Source of the DNA: Anaeramoeba ignava BMAN | Lineage: Eukaryota > Protista > Anaeramoebae | Direction: 5' to 3' | Assembly (NCBI GenBank): GCA_028826165.1 | Contig: JAPDFW010000089.1 | Location: 186,001 to 250,000, forward strand | Length of the DNA: 64,000 nucleotides | Shown: positions 11,888 through 26,283 of the stretch, in pieces | Layout: each line of letters begins with the position of its first letter | Position numbering within the stretch: the stretch's first letter is position 1 | Made by a program: the position numbers and the translations under genes | The notes under the pieces: model-generated | Told to the model about the DNA's origin: nothing | What the model saw: the letters and a program-made list of their open reading frames with translations, nothing else | Databases searched by the model: none

Positions 11888-14800
11888 ATGGGGAATCAAT
11901 TAGATTCAATAAGTGATTGGAATTACCTTCATGAATTAGAAGGATATACAATAATTGAAACAATGAAAAGTTGTAGATTGTTTAAAACAATGAAAATGGC
12001 GAATGAAAACACAGGAACAGTTTATGTTAAAATTTTCCCCAAATATCCAAAATCACCACCAAGTTATGAAAAATATCGTAATCATTTGGAAATTATTAAG
12101 TCAAGTGTCGAATCTCTTGAAATTTCAAATATTTTACCATTTGATAAGTTTGTTGAAACTAGAAGAGCTGGATATTTAATTAGACCTTATTTATTTTCTA
12201 ATATGCGTGATCGATTAAGGTTAATTTTATAATTAATTTTATAATTAATTTAATTAATAATTTAATAAATAATTTTATAAATAATTTAATAAATAATTTA
12301 ATAATTAATTTAATAAATAATTTTATAATTAATTTTATAAATAATTTTATAAATAATTTTATATTTAATTTAATAAATAATTTAATAAATAATTTAATAA
12401 ATAATTTTATAAATAATTTTATAAATAATTTTATAAATAATTTTATATTTAATTTAATAAATAATTTTATAATTAATTTTATAATTAATTTTATATTTAA
12501 TTTTATAAATAATTTTATAAATAATTTTATAAATAATTTTATAAATAATTTTATAAATAATTTTATAATTAATTTAATAAATAATTTTATAAATAATTTT
12601 ATATATAAATAATTTTATAATTAATTTTATATTTAATTTTATATTTAATTTTTTATAATTTTTTAATTTTTTTATTTTTAATTTTATATTTAATTTTATA
12701 AATAATTTTATAAATAATTTTATATTTAATTTTATAAATAATTTTATAAATAATTTTATAAATAATTTTATAAATAATTTTATAAATAATTTTATAAATA
12801 ATTTTATAAATAATTTAATATTAAATTTTATAAATAATTTTATAAATAATTTTATAAATAATTTAATATTAAATTTTATAAATAATTTTATAAATAATTT
12901 TATAAATAATTTTATATATAATTTTATAAATAATTTTATAAATAATTTTATAAATAATTTTATAAATAATTTTATAATTAATTTTATAAATAATTTTATA
13001 AATAATTTTATAATTAATTTTATAATTAATTTTATATTTAATTTTATATTTAATTTAATATTTATAATTTGGATTTAGTACTCGTCCCTTTTTATCAAAT
13101 CTAGAAAAAAAATGGATTACATATCAACTTCTTAATTCTTTAAAAGATGCTCGATCAATTGATTTAAATCATGGAGATCTTAAACCCGAAAATATATTAA
13201 TAACATCGTTTATGTGGGTTTATATCACAGATTTAGCATCATTCAAACCAACATTTCTTCCACATGTATAAATTATAAATAAATATAAATATAAATATAA
13301 TTATAAATTAAATATAAATATAAATATAAATATAAATTATAAATAAATATAAATATAAATATAAATATAAATATAAATATAAATATAAATATAAATTAAA
13401 TAAATTAGGATAATCCAGCAGATTTCTCATATTTCTTTGATATATCAGGAAGAAGAACTTGCTATATCGCACCAGAACGCTTTTATACCCAAAATGAAAA
13501 TGAAAAACATAAAAATAATATCACAAAAATAGATATAAACCACGATATTTTTTCTCTTGGCTGCATTATCGCAGAACTATTCTTAGATGGAACTCCATTG
13601 TTCCATTTATCAGAACTTCTTAGTTATAAAAAAGGTGAATTTGATCCTTCTCAAAAAATAGAATCAATTACTGATGAGAATGTCCGCAATTTGATTCTTA
13701 GCGCAATATCAATTGATCCAAAAAATCGCAAAAAACCAGAAGAATATTTACAACTTTATAAAGACACTTTATTTCCAAGTTATTTTAAATACATGTATTC
13801 ATTGATGAAAAACCTTCTATTTCTTCTTCCAGATCAAAAAATTGAAAAAATTCATGGGATGTTTGAATCAATTTCGTCGTTTATAATGAATAAAGACAAG
13901 GAGAATAAACGAAAGAAAGAAGATCATTCAGAACAAGTCATCTGGAAAAAAGAAGAAGAAATCAACGAAACAATTTACACAAATATAATTAAGGAAGAAC
14001 AAACATACTTGAATTTCCTTCCAAAAACCTCCAAACAAACAAAAAAACTACTCAAAACAGCGAAATTTTTTTCAGAAAAATCAATGGCAAGAAATGGAGG
14101 AAATTTTGATAGAAAAAATAAAGAAAATGTTGAAATACAAGCAAAAAATACAAAAAATACAAAAAATAAAAATATTAGCTTGCTAGAAAGTTGTCGATGC
14201 CACAAAAAAATGTACGAATCAACACAATTATTAGGAAACAAGCAATCATTACTTTTAGCACTGCAATCAACATATCAAATACACGATCAAAAGAAGAAAA
14301 TCAAGGCGAGCAACAGGAATTATCACGAAGGATTTCTTTTGATTTTGAACATAATTTCGACTTCTATTCGAAATTGTTACAGACCACAAACCAAAATAAT
14401 GGGTCTTGATTTGCTGAAGAAAATCAGTCGAAATGTGAATGATCAAATCAAAACAGATAGAATCATTCCGTATTTATTGAGTATGCTTAATGATATCAAT
14501 GCAAGAGTGCGCGCAACAGCAATCCAAACAATTATAGAAATACTGGAAAGTATGAGTGAAATTTTAAGTTCGGATTACCAACTTTTTCCTGAATATATTA
14601 TCCCTGCTTTGAATAGAATGACACTAGATCCAGATTTGTTTGTCAGAATGACTTATGCAAAAATCATTTCAAGACTTGCTTTGATTGCCAAAAAATTTTT
14701 GGATTTCTCATATAAATTAACTGAAAAACAAAAAGAAAAAAGGTTTTTGAAGTCGAAACAAACAGACAGAAATGCGCAAAATATTCAGCAAGAAAATGAG

Positions 14801-17800
14801 CCAAATATCAAATCAGAAAATCTCAATGAAAACAAACAAGAAAACAACAGCACTAAAAAGCCTATAAAAATGATAGAAGTTGAGCGTTCGTTTTCAATCG
14901 ATCACGAAACATACCAGGAATATGGAGGAACATATACAGAACAATTGGATTTTCTGCGGAGTCAATTCTCAGCGCAATTATTCAAGCTTTTCGATGATGA
15001 AAGCCAAAATGTAAAGCGAGTACTTGTGAAAAACATAACGGAACTCGGTGTTTTTTTCGGGACAGAAATTTCCAACGACACTTTATTGCCGTTGCTTATT
15101 ACATTTCTCAACGACAAAGATTGGCAATTACGCAATGAATTTTTCGATCACATCCTTGATTTGCTTCCCTTTTTAGTAACAAAAACAGTGAAGAATATCA
15201 TTCTTCCTTGTGTGATTGAATTTCTAACAGATCCTGAGGAATTTGTTGTCGAAAAAACCGTTCATTTACTTGCCGTGTTTGTAATATTGGGTTTGCTAAA
15301 CGATTTGGATCTCCAAAAAGTTTCAGACAAAGCAATGCCTCTTCTCGTTCATCCAAACATATGGATCAAAAACTCAGCAGTCACTCTTTGCTCCTCTATT
15401 GCTAAGCATCTTGGATTGCCCAAGTTTCATTTACTTATAACCCCCAAATTGGAACCTTTTTTGGAATTCCCTCTTCTGGATTTTGACGAGACAAGTATTT
15501 TGTCCGTTTTAAAAACACAAGTTTCAAGACAATTATACGAAAGAGTTATTGAGGAAACACACCGAAGCAAAGGCCTCAATCTGCGCCAAATGGAGTTTGA
15601 AGCGTTGATGATTGAGAACAAGCAAGAGGCTGACCAAAAACGTTCAGTCTATTTAAAAAATGCTGAAAATGATGAGTTATTGAAATTACAACTTGAGGAA
15701 GTCCAGGTTTCTGATCAATCACATATTCATCCAAAAGATTCTTTTTTCAGAAATGATTCCATTGAAAATTTACTTTTGCAAAGAGCATATGAAGAACAAA
15801 AGAAAATTTTGAGTTTGAAATCTTTTATTCTGAAAGCTTCACAAAATCCTCAAAGAAGAAGAGAAATTTTTGGAATGATTGGGAATTTAAGAGAATCACA
15901 ACCAATTTTGAATGAGAAAACAAATGACCAAAAAAACAAAAAAAATAAAAATGATAAAAACAATAGAAATGATGATGAAAAAGATGAACACAAATTTAGA
16001 CACATTTTGTATACATTACAATATTTACCAGAAATCAAATTCGATAAAGAGCAAAAAAAGCTGAACAAAAAACAACAAAAATCAAATAATTCAGACACAA
16101 AAGATTCTGGAAATTTAGAAAAAAATCAGTTGAATGAAAACTTGACTCAAGAAAATCAATTTGATATATTTGAAAAATCCAAAAACGAATTGAAATCAAA
16201 AATAGCATCCCTTTTAGATATAAATCCAGAAATTGGACAAAAAACACCTAAAAAAATACAATTTCTTGGAAAAAGAAAACCAAATTTGAACCAGGAATTT
16301 AAAGACAAAATGTTTGAGATTGAAATACCACAAGATGTGCCAAATTATCGAGGATTTAAATATGAGGAAAATTCATTTGATCTGCAATCAGAAAACCACG
16401 AAAAACCAACAAAATCACAAAATGCGCACAAAAAAACATATTCAGGAGAAGAAGTTCAAATAAACGAACTGAAGAGATCCAACACTGCTTTTGCAGGAGT
16501 AACAACAAGTTATGAAAAGGATCGGAAATTTCATGGAAAACAAAAACAAGAAAAATCACGGAAAGAATTGATAGCAAAACGAAAAGCGGGACTTCCAATT
16601 TCATATCCTCAATCACCCATGGATTCACACAGACTAACACTACAACACTCGCCTCCAAAACATAAATCACGGCTTTCGGCTCAACAGGAATATCAAAACG
16701 AACAATATTTACTCTCCCAGTTATCCCTTTTTGGATTTTATTCTGAATCTTCAACTCCTGTCAAAATAACTGAAAATCAAGAACCAATTTTCCAAATCAA
16801 AAATTACACTGAAAATCTAATTGAAAAAATTTACAGTGAAGCAGAAGAAAACAAAAAGGAAAAATCAAAAGAAGAACAAGAACAAAAAACAGAAATGCAA
16901 GAGAACCCAAACAACCAGGAAAAAACACTCGAACTCGAAAAAGAACAAGAGAAAGCAAAAGAGAAAACAAACGAAATGAGTTTTATTGAAAATTCCAATT
17001 TCAAAATTGCCAATGAAATTCGGACAAATTTTGACCCGAACGCTCAATACGAGATTGGCAAACAAGGCGCAAAAATATTCAAGAAAAACATGCCAGTTCC
17101 TTATGAAAAACTGGGCAGAATCCAGCAGAAAACAGGGAAATATCCACCAAATTTTTTCTTAGGCCAAAACATAAACACTTGGGTTCCTAAAGGATTACAA
17201 ATTGCACATTTATCAGAACACACAAAATCAGTCAATAAAATCGCAATATCACCAGATAATCTTTTCTTTGCAACAGCATCTGATGACGAAACTGTGAAAA
17301 TATGGCTCACTGAAAATCTGCAAAAAAATCAACTTACAAAATCAGCAAAAACATATTCATTTCAGAAAGGAAAAATCACTTCACTTACTATTTTGCCAAA
17401 CACACACACAATCATTTCAGGATCAAGTGATGGCACAATCCATTTGTTCAGAGTTGATGAGATTGATTCTTATGACTACAAATCAAGTCGAGACAGAAAG
17501 CGCAAGAAAATGAAAAACATTTCCAAAAACCAAAAAATCAGCGAGAAAAGAAGATCATCAATGCTGACAAGCTCAATATCAGGCTCAATATCAAGCCCTG
17601 TCAAACTGAGTAAACCCTCTTTAACTCTCAACGAACAATCTATGCAAAATATGGCGTATTTCCCCTTTAAGATTATTTCGCCTCACGAAGGATCAATTGT
17701 TGATATTCAAAATTTTGGAGGAGAATTTGGATTTTCTTTCATTTACTTGACACAATCAGGTATCTGTCATGTTCATGACTTAAGATGCGATGAAGAAGTT

Positions 17801-18898
17801 TTGAAATTTGAGATGAACAAAGAATTCGGCGTTGTTACTGCCTTGATGTCAGAACCCAAATCTAATTGGTCCGCAATCGGCACGTTTGGTGGTGTCATTC
17901 AATGCTTTGATCTTCGCTTTTTGATTCCGTTTCAGACTTGGACTCATCCTTCAAGACAACCCATTCTCACTTTGCAAAATTATCCTGGAACTCAGAAAAA
18001 AATGTGGATCATTACTTCCTCTTCTTCTGCAAATGAAATGAGTATTTGGGATGTGAAAAATGCAAAATGTCGCCAAGTTTTTCGAGTTGTTGATTCTGAG
18101 AGTGATACTTCTAAGTCTTTTGGTGAATATTTTAAATCTCCATCCAATTCGAATTTATATAAACAACAAAATATAGATACATTATTACTTTCTAATGAAA
18201 TTAATGATTATTCGATTTTAAATTCTGATATTCCTAGTGTTAAACAAAAGCAAAGTAATTTATTAAAATTAAAATTAAAATTCAAATTCATTTATAAAAT
18301 TAAAATCAAAATCAAAATCCAAATTAATTAAAATTAAAATTAAAATTAAAATTAAAATTCAAATTAATTAAAATTAAAATTAAAATTAAAATTAAAATTA
18401 AAATTAAAATTAAAATTAAAATTAAAATTAAAATTAAAATTAAAATTAAAATTAAAATTAAAATTAAAATTCATTTATAAAATTAAAATTAAAATTAAAA
18501 TTAAAATTAAATTTAAAATTAAAAAAGATAATTCAATTAGAGCGATTTATTGTTCAAATAAACATTCTTTTCTTCTCACTGGCGGTCAAGATTCTCGTCT
18601 TAGATATTGGGATACAAATAAAGCAGAAAACTCATTTATTATTTCTGGACAAGATAGTCCAAAAGATACAAAAATTCAATATACAAAAAAATCAATTGAA
18701 GGAGTTGAAATTTTTTCAGAATATTTAGTTTCAAAACCAGATGTGAGTCCTTTATATTTTATTGGTTCTAATCATTCTCATAGATTAAATAATAGAAGAT
18801 CTCATAAAGGTGCTATTACAGATATTCAAATTCTTGAATATCCTGTTCCAATGATTATTTCTTCAAGTCAAGATGGAGTTGTGAATGTTTGGAGATGA
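11888..18898 (+). CDS. VPS15: Vps15/PIK3R4 (pseudokinase + HEAT + WD40)
   Basis: MGNQL myristoylation start; STRPFLSNLEKKWITYQLL, HGDLKPENIL, TDLASFKP, DNPADFSYFFDISGRRTCYIAPERF; LITFLNDKDWQLR; WD40 ending VVNVWR*. Confidence 0.97.
12220..13078 (+). repeat. VPS15 intron 1 filled with 12-mer (ATAATTTTATAA)n
   Basis: GT at 12220, AG at 13077-13078; splicing restores DRLSTRPF. Confidence 0.9.
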
Positions 18899-19100
18899 GA
18901 TCATATTGAGAAGGTTTTTTCTTTTTCTTTTTCTTTAGTTTTCCTTCTCAATTTAATTTGATTTTTTTTTATGAATGAATTAATTAAGTTTTTGTAAATT
19001 AAATTAAATTAAAATTTCAAAACAAAAATAATAAAGATTTTCTTTTTTTTTCTTTTGATTATTATTGTTTTGTTTGTTGAAGAAATGAAAGAAAAATGAA

Positions 19101-21483
19101 TTAGATATTTTCTGTTTCATCTTTAACTTCATCTTTAACTTCATCTTTTACTTCATCTTTTAATTCATCTTTAACTTCATCTTTTACTTCATCTTTAACT
19201 TCATCTTTAACTTCATCTTTTACTTCATCTTTAACTTCATCTTTTACTTCATCTTTAACTTCATCTTTTACTTCATCTTTAACTTCATCTTTTACTTCAT
19301 CTTTTACTTCATCTTTTACTTCATCTTTAACTTCATCTTTTACTTCATCTTTAACTTCATCTTTTACTTCATCTTTTACTTCATCTTTAACTTCATTTTT
19401 ACTTCATCTTTTATTTTCATCTTTTATTTATCTTTTTATCATTTTCTTTTTTCATCTTTTTACTTCATCTTTTAAGCTAAATCTTTTTTAAAGCTAAATC
19501 TTTTAGCTTCATCTTTTATTTAAATTTTTATTTTCGTCTTTTAGCTTTATTTTTTTTTAAATCTTTAATTTTAAATTTTTTTTTATCTTTTATCTTTATT
19601 TTAATTTTATTTTAATTTTTTTTTAATCTTTTTTCATTTTTATTTCTTTTTTTCTTTTAATCTTTTCTTTCTTTTTATTTTAATCTTTTCATTTTTTTTT
19701 TTTTATTAAATCTTTTTTTTTAAATCTTTATTTTAAATCTTTATTAAATCTTTTTTTTATAAATCTTTAACTTCTTTTTAAATCTTTTTCTTTAAATCTT
19801 TACTTCATCTTTTATTTTATTTTTTAAATTTTTAATCTTATTTTTTTCATCTTTAATCTTCATTTTTTTTTCATCTTTATTTTAAATCTTTTTTTAACTA
19901 AATCTTTTGTTTTTATTTTTTTAATTTTTTTTTAATTTCTTTTTTTTTTTTTTTTTTTATTTATTTCATCTTTTATTTAAATCTTTTAACTTAAATATTT
20001 TATCTTCATCTTTAACTTCATCTTTTAACTTCATCTTTATTTAAATTTTTTTTTATCTTTTACTTCATCTTTAACTTCATCTTTCTTCATCTTTATATTT
20101 TTCTTTTGTTTCATCTTTTTTTATTTTTTTTTCATCTTTTGGTTTTTCTTTTGTTTCATCTTTTGGTTTTTCTTTTGGTTTTTCATCTTTTGGTTTTTCT
20201 TTTGTTTCATCTTTTGGTTTTTCTTTAATTTCATCTTTTGGTTTTTCATCTTTTGGTTTTTCTTTAATTTTTTTTTTTTTTTCATCTTTTGGTTTTTCTT
20301 TTGTTTCATCTTTTGGTTTTTCTTTAACTTCATCTTTTGGTTTTTCTTTTGTTTCATCTTTTGGTTTTTCTTTTGTTTCATCTTTTGGTTTTTCTTTAAC
20401 TTCATCTTTTGGTTTTTCATCTTTTGGTTTTTCTTTTGTTTCATCTTTTGTTGTTTCATCTTTTGGTTTTTCATCTTTTGTTGTTTCATCTTTTGGTTTT
20501 TCATCTTTTGTTGTTTCATCTTTTGGTGCTTCTTGTTTAATTTGTTCCAATACCTTTGTAAAAACTCTTTCAGTTGGATCTTTCTCAAATTCAGCTTTTT
20601 TTTTGATAAAATTGAAAAATTAAAATAAATAAAAGATAAAAATAAAAAAATAAAAACCTTTTAAATAATCTTTTGTAGAAGCAAAACCACCACGAGTAAC
20701 TTCATTTGGAGGATAAACCAAGGGATTATCCTCAAAAGTCATCAATCTCAAATTACTGAGAGTACCAATTTCAATAGGAAGATATTTCAACTTATTATTT
20801 TTTAAATCCAATTTTTTCAATTCAACTAAATTTTTAATTTCAGATGGAATTTCAGTTAATCCAGTATCAGTAAGATCAAGCGAATTCAAAGATTTGCAAG
20901 CAAGAATATCTTTTGGAATTTTTCCCAACGGATTTTTGGATAGAAATATTGTGTGCAAATTGGAAAGTTGTGATAATCCTTCAATTTCAGTGATTTTGTT
21001 ACTAGAAATTCTTAAATCTTCTAAAGATTCAAGTTTTTTAATCTTTTCGGGTATTTTTGTAATTTCATTTGAATCTAATTTCAAAATTTTTAATGTTGTT
21101 AATTCAAATATTTGATCAGGAATTTCTTTTAGTTTGCTATTTGATAAATCAAGTTCATTGCTTTCTTTAGCAATCTTTTTGTATTTTTTCGATTGTTTAA
21201 TTTTTCATTTTATAAAAAAAAAATTTAATGATCAAATTTGGTAATAATTGGACAGGTAAATAATACCAAAAAATTGGGGAGATCCAAAATAAAATCAATT
21301 AATTTAAATTAATTAAAAATTTTATAAAATAAAAAAAAGCAAAAAAAATAATTAGAAATTAAATAAAAAAAAAATTTTTCAATTAAAAATTTAATTAATT
21401 TTTTTAATTGAAAAATTATTTTTTGATAATTGTATTTTTACCTTTAATTTTTTTTTAAGTTCTTTTGATTGACCACCTCCCAT
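19101..21483 (-). CDS. N-myristoylated LRR protein with long KDE(T/V)K repeat tail
   Basis: MGGGQSKELKKKLK|IAKESNELDLSNSKLKEIP...; LRR ORF 20620-21084; repeat ORF 20077-20550; KDEV repeats ending ETENI* at 19101. Frame is broken at ~19400-20070. Confidence 0.75.
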
Positions 21484-21644
21484 AAAAATCAAAATAAAAA
21501 ATGAAAAAAAAAATGAAAAAAAAAAATGAAAAAAAAATAAATTTTTCTCCTTTTAATTAAAAAAAATAAAAAAAATAAAAAAAAATTTTTTCATTTTCTT
21601 CCCTTTTTTTTCTTCTTAAATTTCTTTTTTATTAAACAACTTAA

Positions 21645-24600
21645 ATGAACGATGCTGCAATAGGATATTTATCTTCTTTTATTGCTGCTTTATTTTTTGG
21701 TACAAATTATGTTCCAGTAAATAGAATTCAGGACAAATTAGGAGATGGAATAATTTTCCAATGGTTTATGTGTTCTGGAATTGAATTTGTTGGTATTATT
21801 TCTTTATTTTTATCTTCTAGTTTTACTTTTGTTCCTTCTGGTTTACTTGGTGGTATGTTTTGGACTATTGGTAATTTATGTGTCCCTATTATTTTTGAAC
21901 TTGTTGGTTTAGGTGTTGGTTTTTTATTTTGGAGTGGTGGCAATTTATTAATGGGGTTTGCTTCAATTTTATATTTAATTTTATAAATAATTTTAAAATA
22001 ATTTTATAAATAATTTTATAAATAATTTTATAAACAATTTTATATTTAATTTTATATTTAATTTTATAAATAATTTTATATTAAATTTTATAAATAATTT
22101 TATATTTAATTTTATAAATAATTTTATATTTAATTTTATAAATAATTTTAAAATAATTTTATAAATAATTTTATAAATAATTTTATAAATAATTTTATAA
22201 ATAATTTTATATTTAATTTTATATATAATTTTATAAATAATTTAATAAATAATTTTATATTTAATTTTATAAATAATTTTATAAATAATTTAATAAATAA
22301 TTTTATATTTAATTTTATTAAATAATTTTATAAATAATTTTATAAATAATTTTATATATAATTTTATAAATAATTTTATAATTAATTTTATAAATAATTT
22401 TATAAATAATTTTATAAATAATTTTATATTTAATTTTATAATTAATTTTATAAATAAATTTTATAAATAATTTTATAAACAATTTTATAAATAATTTTAT
22501 AAATAATTTTATAATTAATTTTATATTTAATTTTATAAATAATTTTATAAATAATTTTATAAATAATTTTATATTTAATTTTATAAATAATTTTATAATT
22601 AATTTTATATATAATTTTATAAATAATTTTATAAATAATTTTATAAATAATTTTATAAATAATTTTATAAATAATTTTATAAATAATTTTTATAAATAAT
22701 TTAATAAATAATTTTATAAATAATTTTATAAATAATTTTATAAATAATTTTATAAATAATTTTATAAATAATTTTATATATAATTTTATAAATAATTTTA
22801 TATTTAATTTTATATTAAATTTTATAAATAATTTTATAATTAATTTTATAAATAATTTTATAATTAATTTTATAAATAATTTTATAAATAATTTTATTAA
22901 TAATTTTTTATATTTAATTTTATAAATAATTTTATAAATAATTTTATATTTAATTTTATAAATAATTTAATAAATAATTTTTATAAAATAATTTTATAAT
23001 TAATTTTATAAATAATTTTATAAATAATTTTATATAAATAATTTTTATAAATAATTTAATAAATAATTTAATAAATAATTTAATAAATAATTTAATAAAT
23101 AATTTTATAAATAATTTTATAAATAATTTTGCTATATAATTTTATATATAATTTTATAAATAATTTTATAAATAATTTTATAATTAATTTTATAAATAAT
23201 TTTAAAATAATTTTATAAATAATTTTATAAATAATTTTATAAACAATTTTATAAATTTTATTTTTAAATTTTATAAATAATTTTTATATTAAATTTTATA
23301 AATAATTTTATATTTAATTTTATAAATAATTTTATATTTAATTTTATAAAATAAAATAATTTTATATTTAATTTTATAAATAATTTTATAATTAATTTTA
23401 TAAATAATTTTATAAATAATTTTATAAATAATTTTTATATAATTTTATAAAATAATTTTATATTTAATTTTATAAATAATTTTATAAATTTTATAAATAA
23501 TTTTATAAATAATTTTTAAATAATTTTATAAATAATTTTATATAATTTTATAAATAATTTTTATAAATAATTTTATAAATAATTTTATAAATAATTTTAT
23601 AAATAATTTTATAAATAATTTTATAAATAATTTTATAAATAATTTTATAATTAATTTTATAATTAATTTTATAAATAATTTAATAATTAATTTTTATAAT
23701 AATTTTATAAATAATTTTATAATTTAATTTTATAAATAATTTTATAAATAATTTTTATAAATAATTTTATAAATAATTTTATAAATAATTTTATATAAAT
23801 TTTAATAAATAATTTTATAAATAATTTTATAAATATTTTTTAAAATAATTTTATAAATAATTTTTATAAATTTAATTTTTATAAATAATTTTTTATAATT
23901 TTATAATTTTATATTTAATTTTATATATAATTTTATAAATAATTTTATATTTAATTTTATAAATAATTTTATAAATAATTTTATAAATAATTTTATAATT
24001 ATATTTTATAAATAATTTTATAAATAATTTTATAAATTTTTTATAAATAATTTTATAAATAATTTTATATTTAATTTTATAAATAATTTTATAAATAAAT
24101 TAATTTTATAAATAATTTTATAAATAATTTTTATAAAATAATTTTATATATAATTTTATATTTAAATTTTTATAAATAATTTTATAAATAATTTTATAAA
24201 TAATTTTATAAATAATTTTATAAATAATTTTATATTTAATTTTATAAATAATTTTATAAATAATTTTATAAATAATTTTTATAAATTTTTATTTTTTAAA
24301 TAATTTTATAAATAATTTTATAAATAATTTTTATAAATAATTTTATAAATAATTTTATAAATAATTTTATAAAATAATTTTATATAATTTAATAAATTTT
24401 TATTTAATAATTTTTATAAATAATTTTATAAATAATTTTATAAATAATTTAATAATTAATTTTATAAATAATTTTATAAATAATTTTATAAATAATTTTT
24501 ATAAATAATTTTATAAAATAATTTTATAAATAATTTTTATAAATAATTTTATAAATAATTTTTTAATAAATAATTTTTAAATAATTTAATAAATAATTTT

Positions 24601-26095
24601 ATAAATAATTTATTAATTTTATAAATAATTTAATAAATAATTTTATAAATAATTTTATAAATAATTTTATATTTAATTTTATATATAATTTTATAAATAA
24701 TTTTATAAATAATTTTATAAATAATTTTATAAATAATTTTATAAATAATTTTATAAATAATTTTATATAATTTTATAAATAATTTTATAATTAATTTTAT
24801 AAATAATTTTATAAATAATTTAATAAATAATTTAATAAATAATTTTATATTTAATTTTATATTTAATTTTATATTAAATTTTATAAATAATTTTATAAAT
24901 AATTTTTATAAAATAATTTTATAAATAATTTTATAAATAATTTAAATAATTTTATATTTAATTTAATAAATAATTTTATAAATAATTTAATAAATAATTT
25001 AATAAATAATTTAATAAATAATTTTAATAAATAATTTTATAAATAATTTTATAAAATAATTTTATATTTAATTTAATAAATAATTTTATATATAATTTTA
25101 TAAATAATTTTATAAATAATTTTATAAATAATTTTATATTTAATTTTATATTTAATTTTATATATAATTTTATATATAATTTTATAATTAATTTTATAAT
25201 TAATTTTATAATTAATTTTATAAATAATTTTATAAATAATTTTATAATTAATTTTATAATTAATTTTATATCAAAAAAAAGATATTTTGTTGGAAGATTT
25301 GGCTGGTTTGGTGTTCCAAAAGAATCAATAAAATCACAACCTCTAAGTGCATTTGGAATAATCTTTGGAATTGGAACTTTAATTACATTTTTCTTTATAA
25401 AACCAAATCTCAACAAAAACAAAACTTTCGAAAAAATAGATAAACAAAATAATCAAGAAAACGAAAATCAAGAAAATAAAGAAATAATTATCGAAAATCA
25501 AACAGACTCAGAAAATCAAAACACCGAAAACACAATTAATCCGAGCGAAAGAACACCATTTTTACTTCAAGTAGAAGAAAGAATTCGAAAAAGTAACGAG
25601 AATAGAATTCTTCTTTCAATCCGAAGATTGGACAAAAAAACAAAGCACATTCTTGGAGTAGGACTTGCAACATTCATAGGACTTTTATACGGAGTGAATT
25701 TAGTCCCAATGAAAATTTGGACTAACCAACATCCTTCAGCGGGTCTTTTTGATTTTATATTCTCACAATTCACAGGAATATTTTTCTCAAGTACAATTGT
25801 AATGGTCATTTACTCAATCCTTTCAAAACCAATTTATCCAATGTCCGTTTTCTTCCCAAGCTTCATTTCAGGTATTTTCTGGGCAATTGCTTGCGCATCT
25901 TGGGTCATTTCAACTGCAAAATTGGGATTTGTTGTTGGTTACCCAATTGTTGTTGTTGGCCCTATTTTTATCACTTCAATTTGGAGTATTTTGTACTTCA
26001 AAGAAATTCGTGGAAAACGAAACTTCTTATTTTTATCTGCTTCCTATCTTTTGTTGGTTCTATCAATTACATTCCTTATTTTATCAAGAACTTAA
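21645..26095 (+). CDS. TMEM144: TMEM144-family (DMT-like) membrane transporter, 2 exons (21645-21955, 25282-26095)
   Basis: LFFGTNYVPV, GDGIIFQWFMC, GGMFWTIGN, GLGVGF, GRFGWFG, SGIFWAIA, GYPIVVVGP, WSILYFKEIRG. Confidence 0.9.
21956..25281 (+). repeat. 3.3-kb intron of (ATAATTTTATAA)n, same unit as VPS15 intron 1
   Basis: GG|GTTTG ... AAAAAG|ATAT joins to M-G-Y-F-V-G-R. Confidence 0.9.
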
Positions 26096-26283
26096 TAGAG
26101 TTTTTTTTATCTTCATTTCTTTATTTAAACTCCTTTTCTCTTTCTTTCTTTCTCTTTCTTTCTTTTTCTTTCAAAAATATTCGTTTTCTTGAAAATGGAA
26201 AATAAAATTTTTTTTAATTTTTTCATTTTTCATTTTTCATTTTTCATTTTTATTGAAATATAAAATAGAATTTTAGTTGTTGA

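Noticed and set aside
13975-17310. Antisense ORFs within VPS15
   Set aside because: Shadow frames of a real coding exon, with no recognisable motifs.
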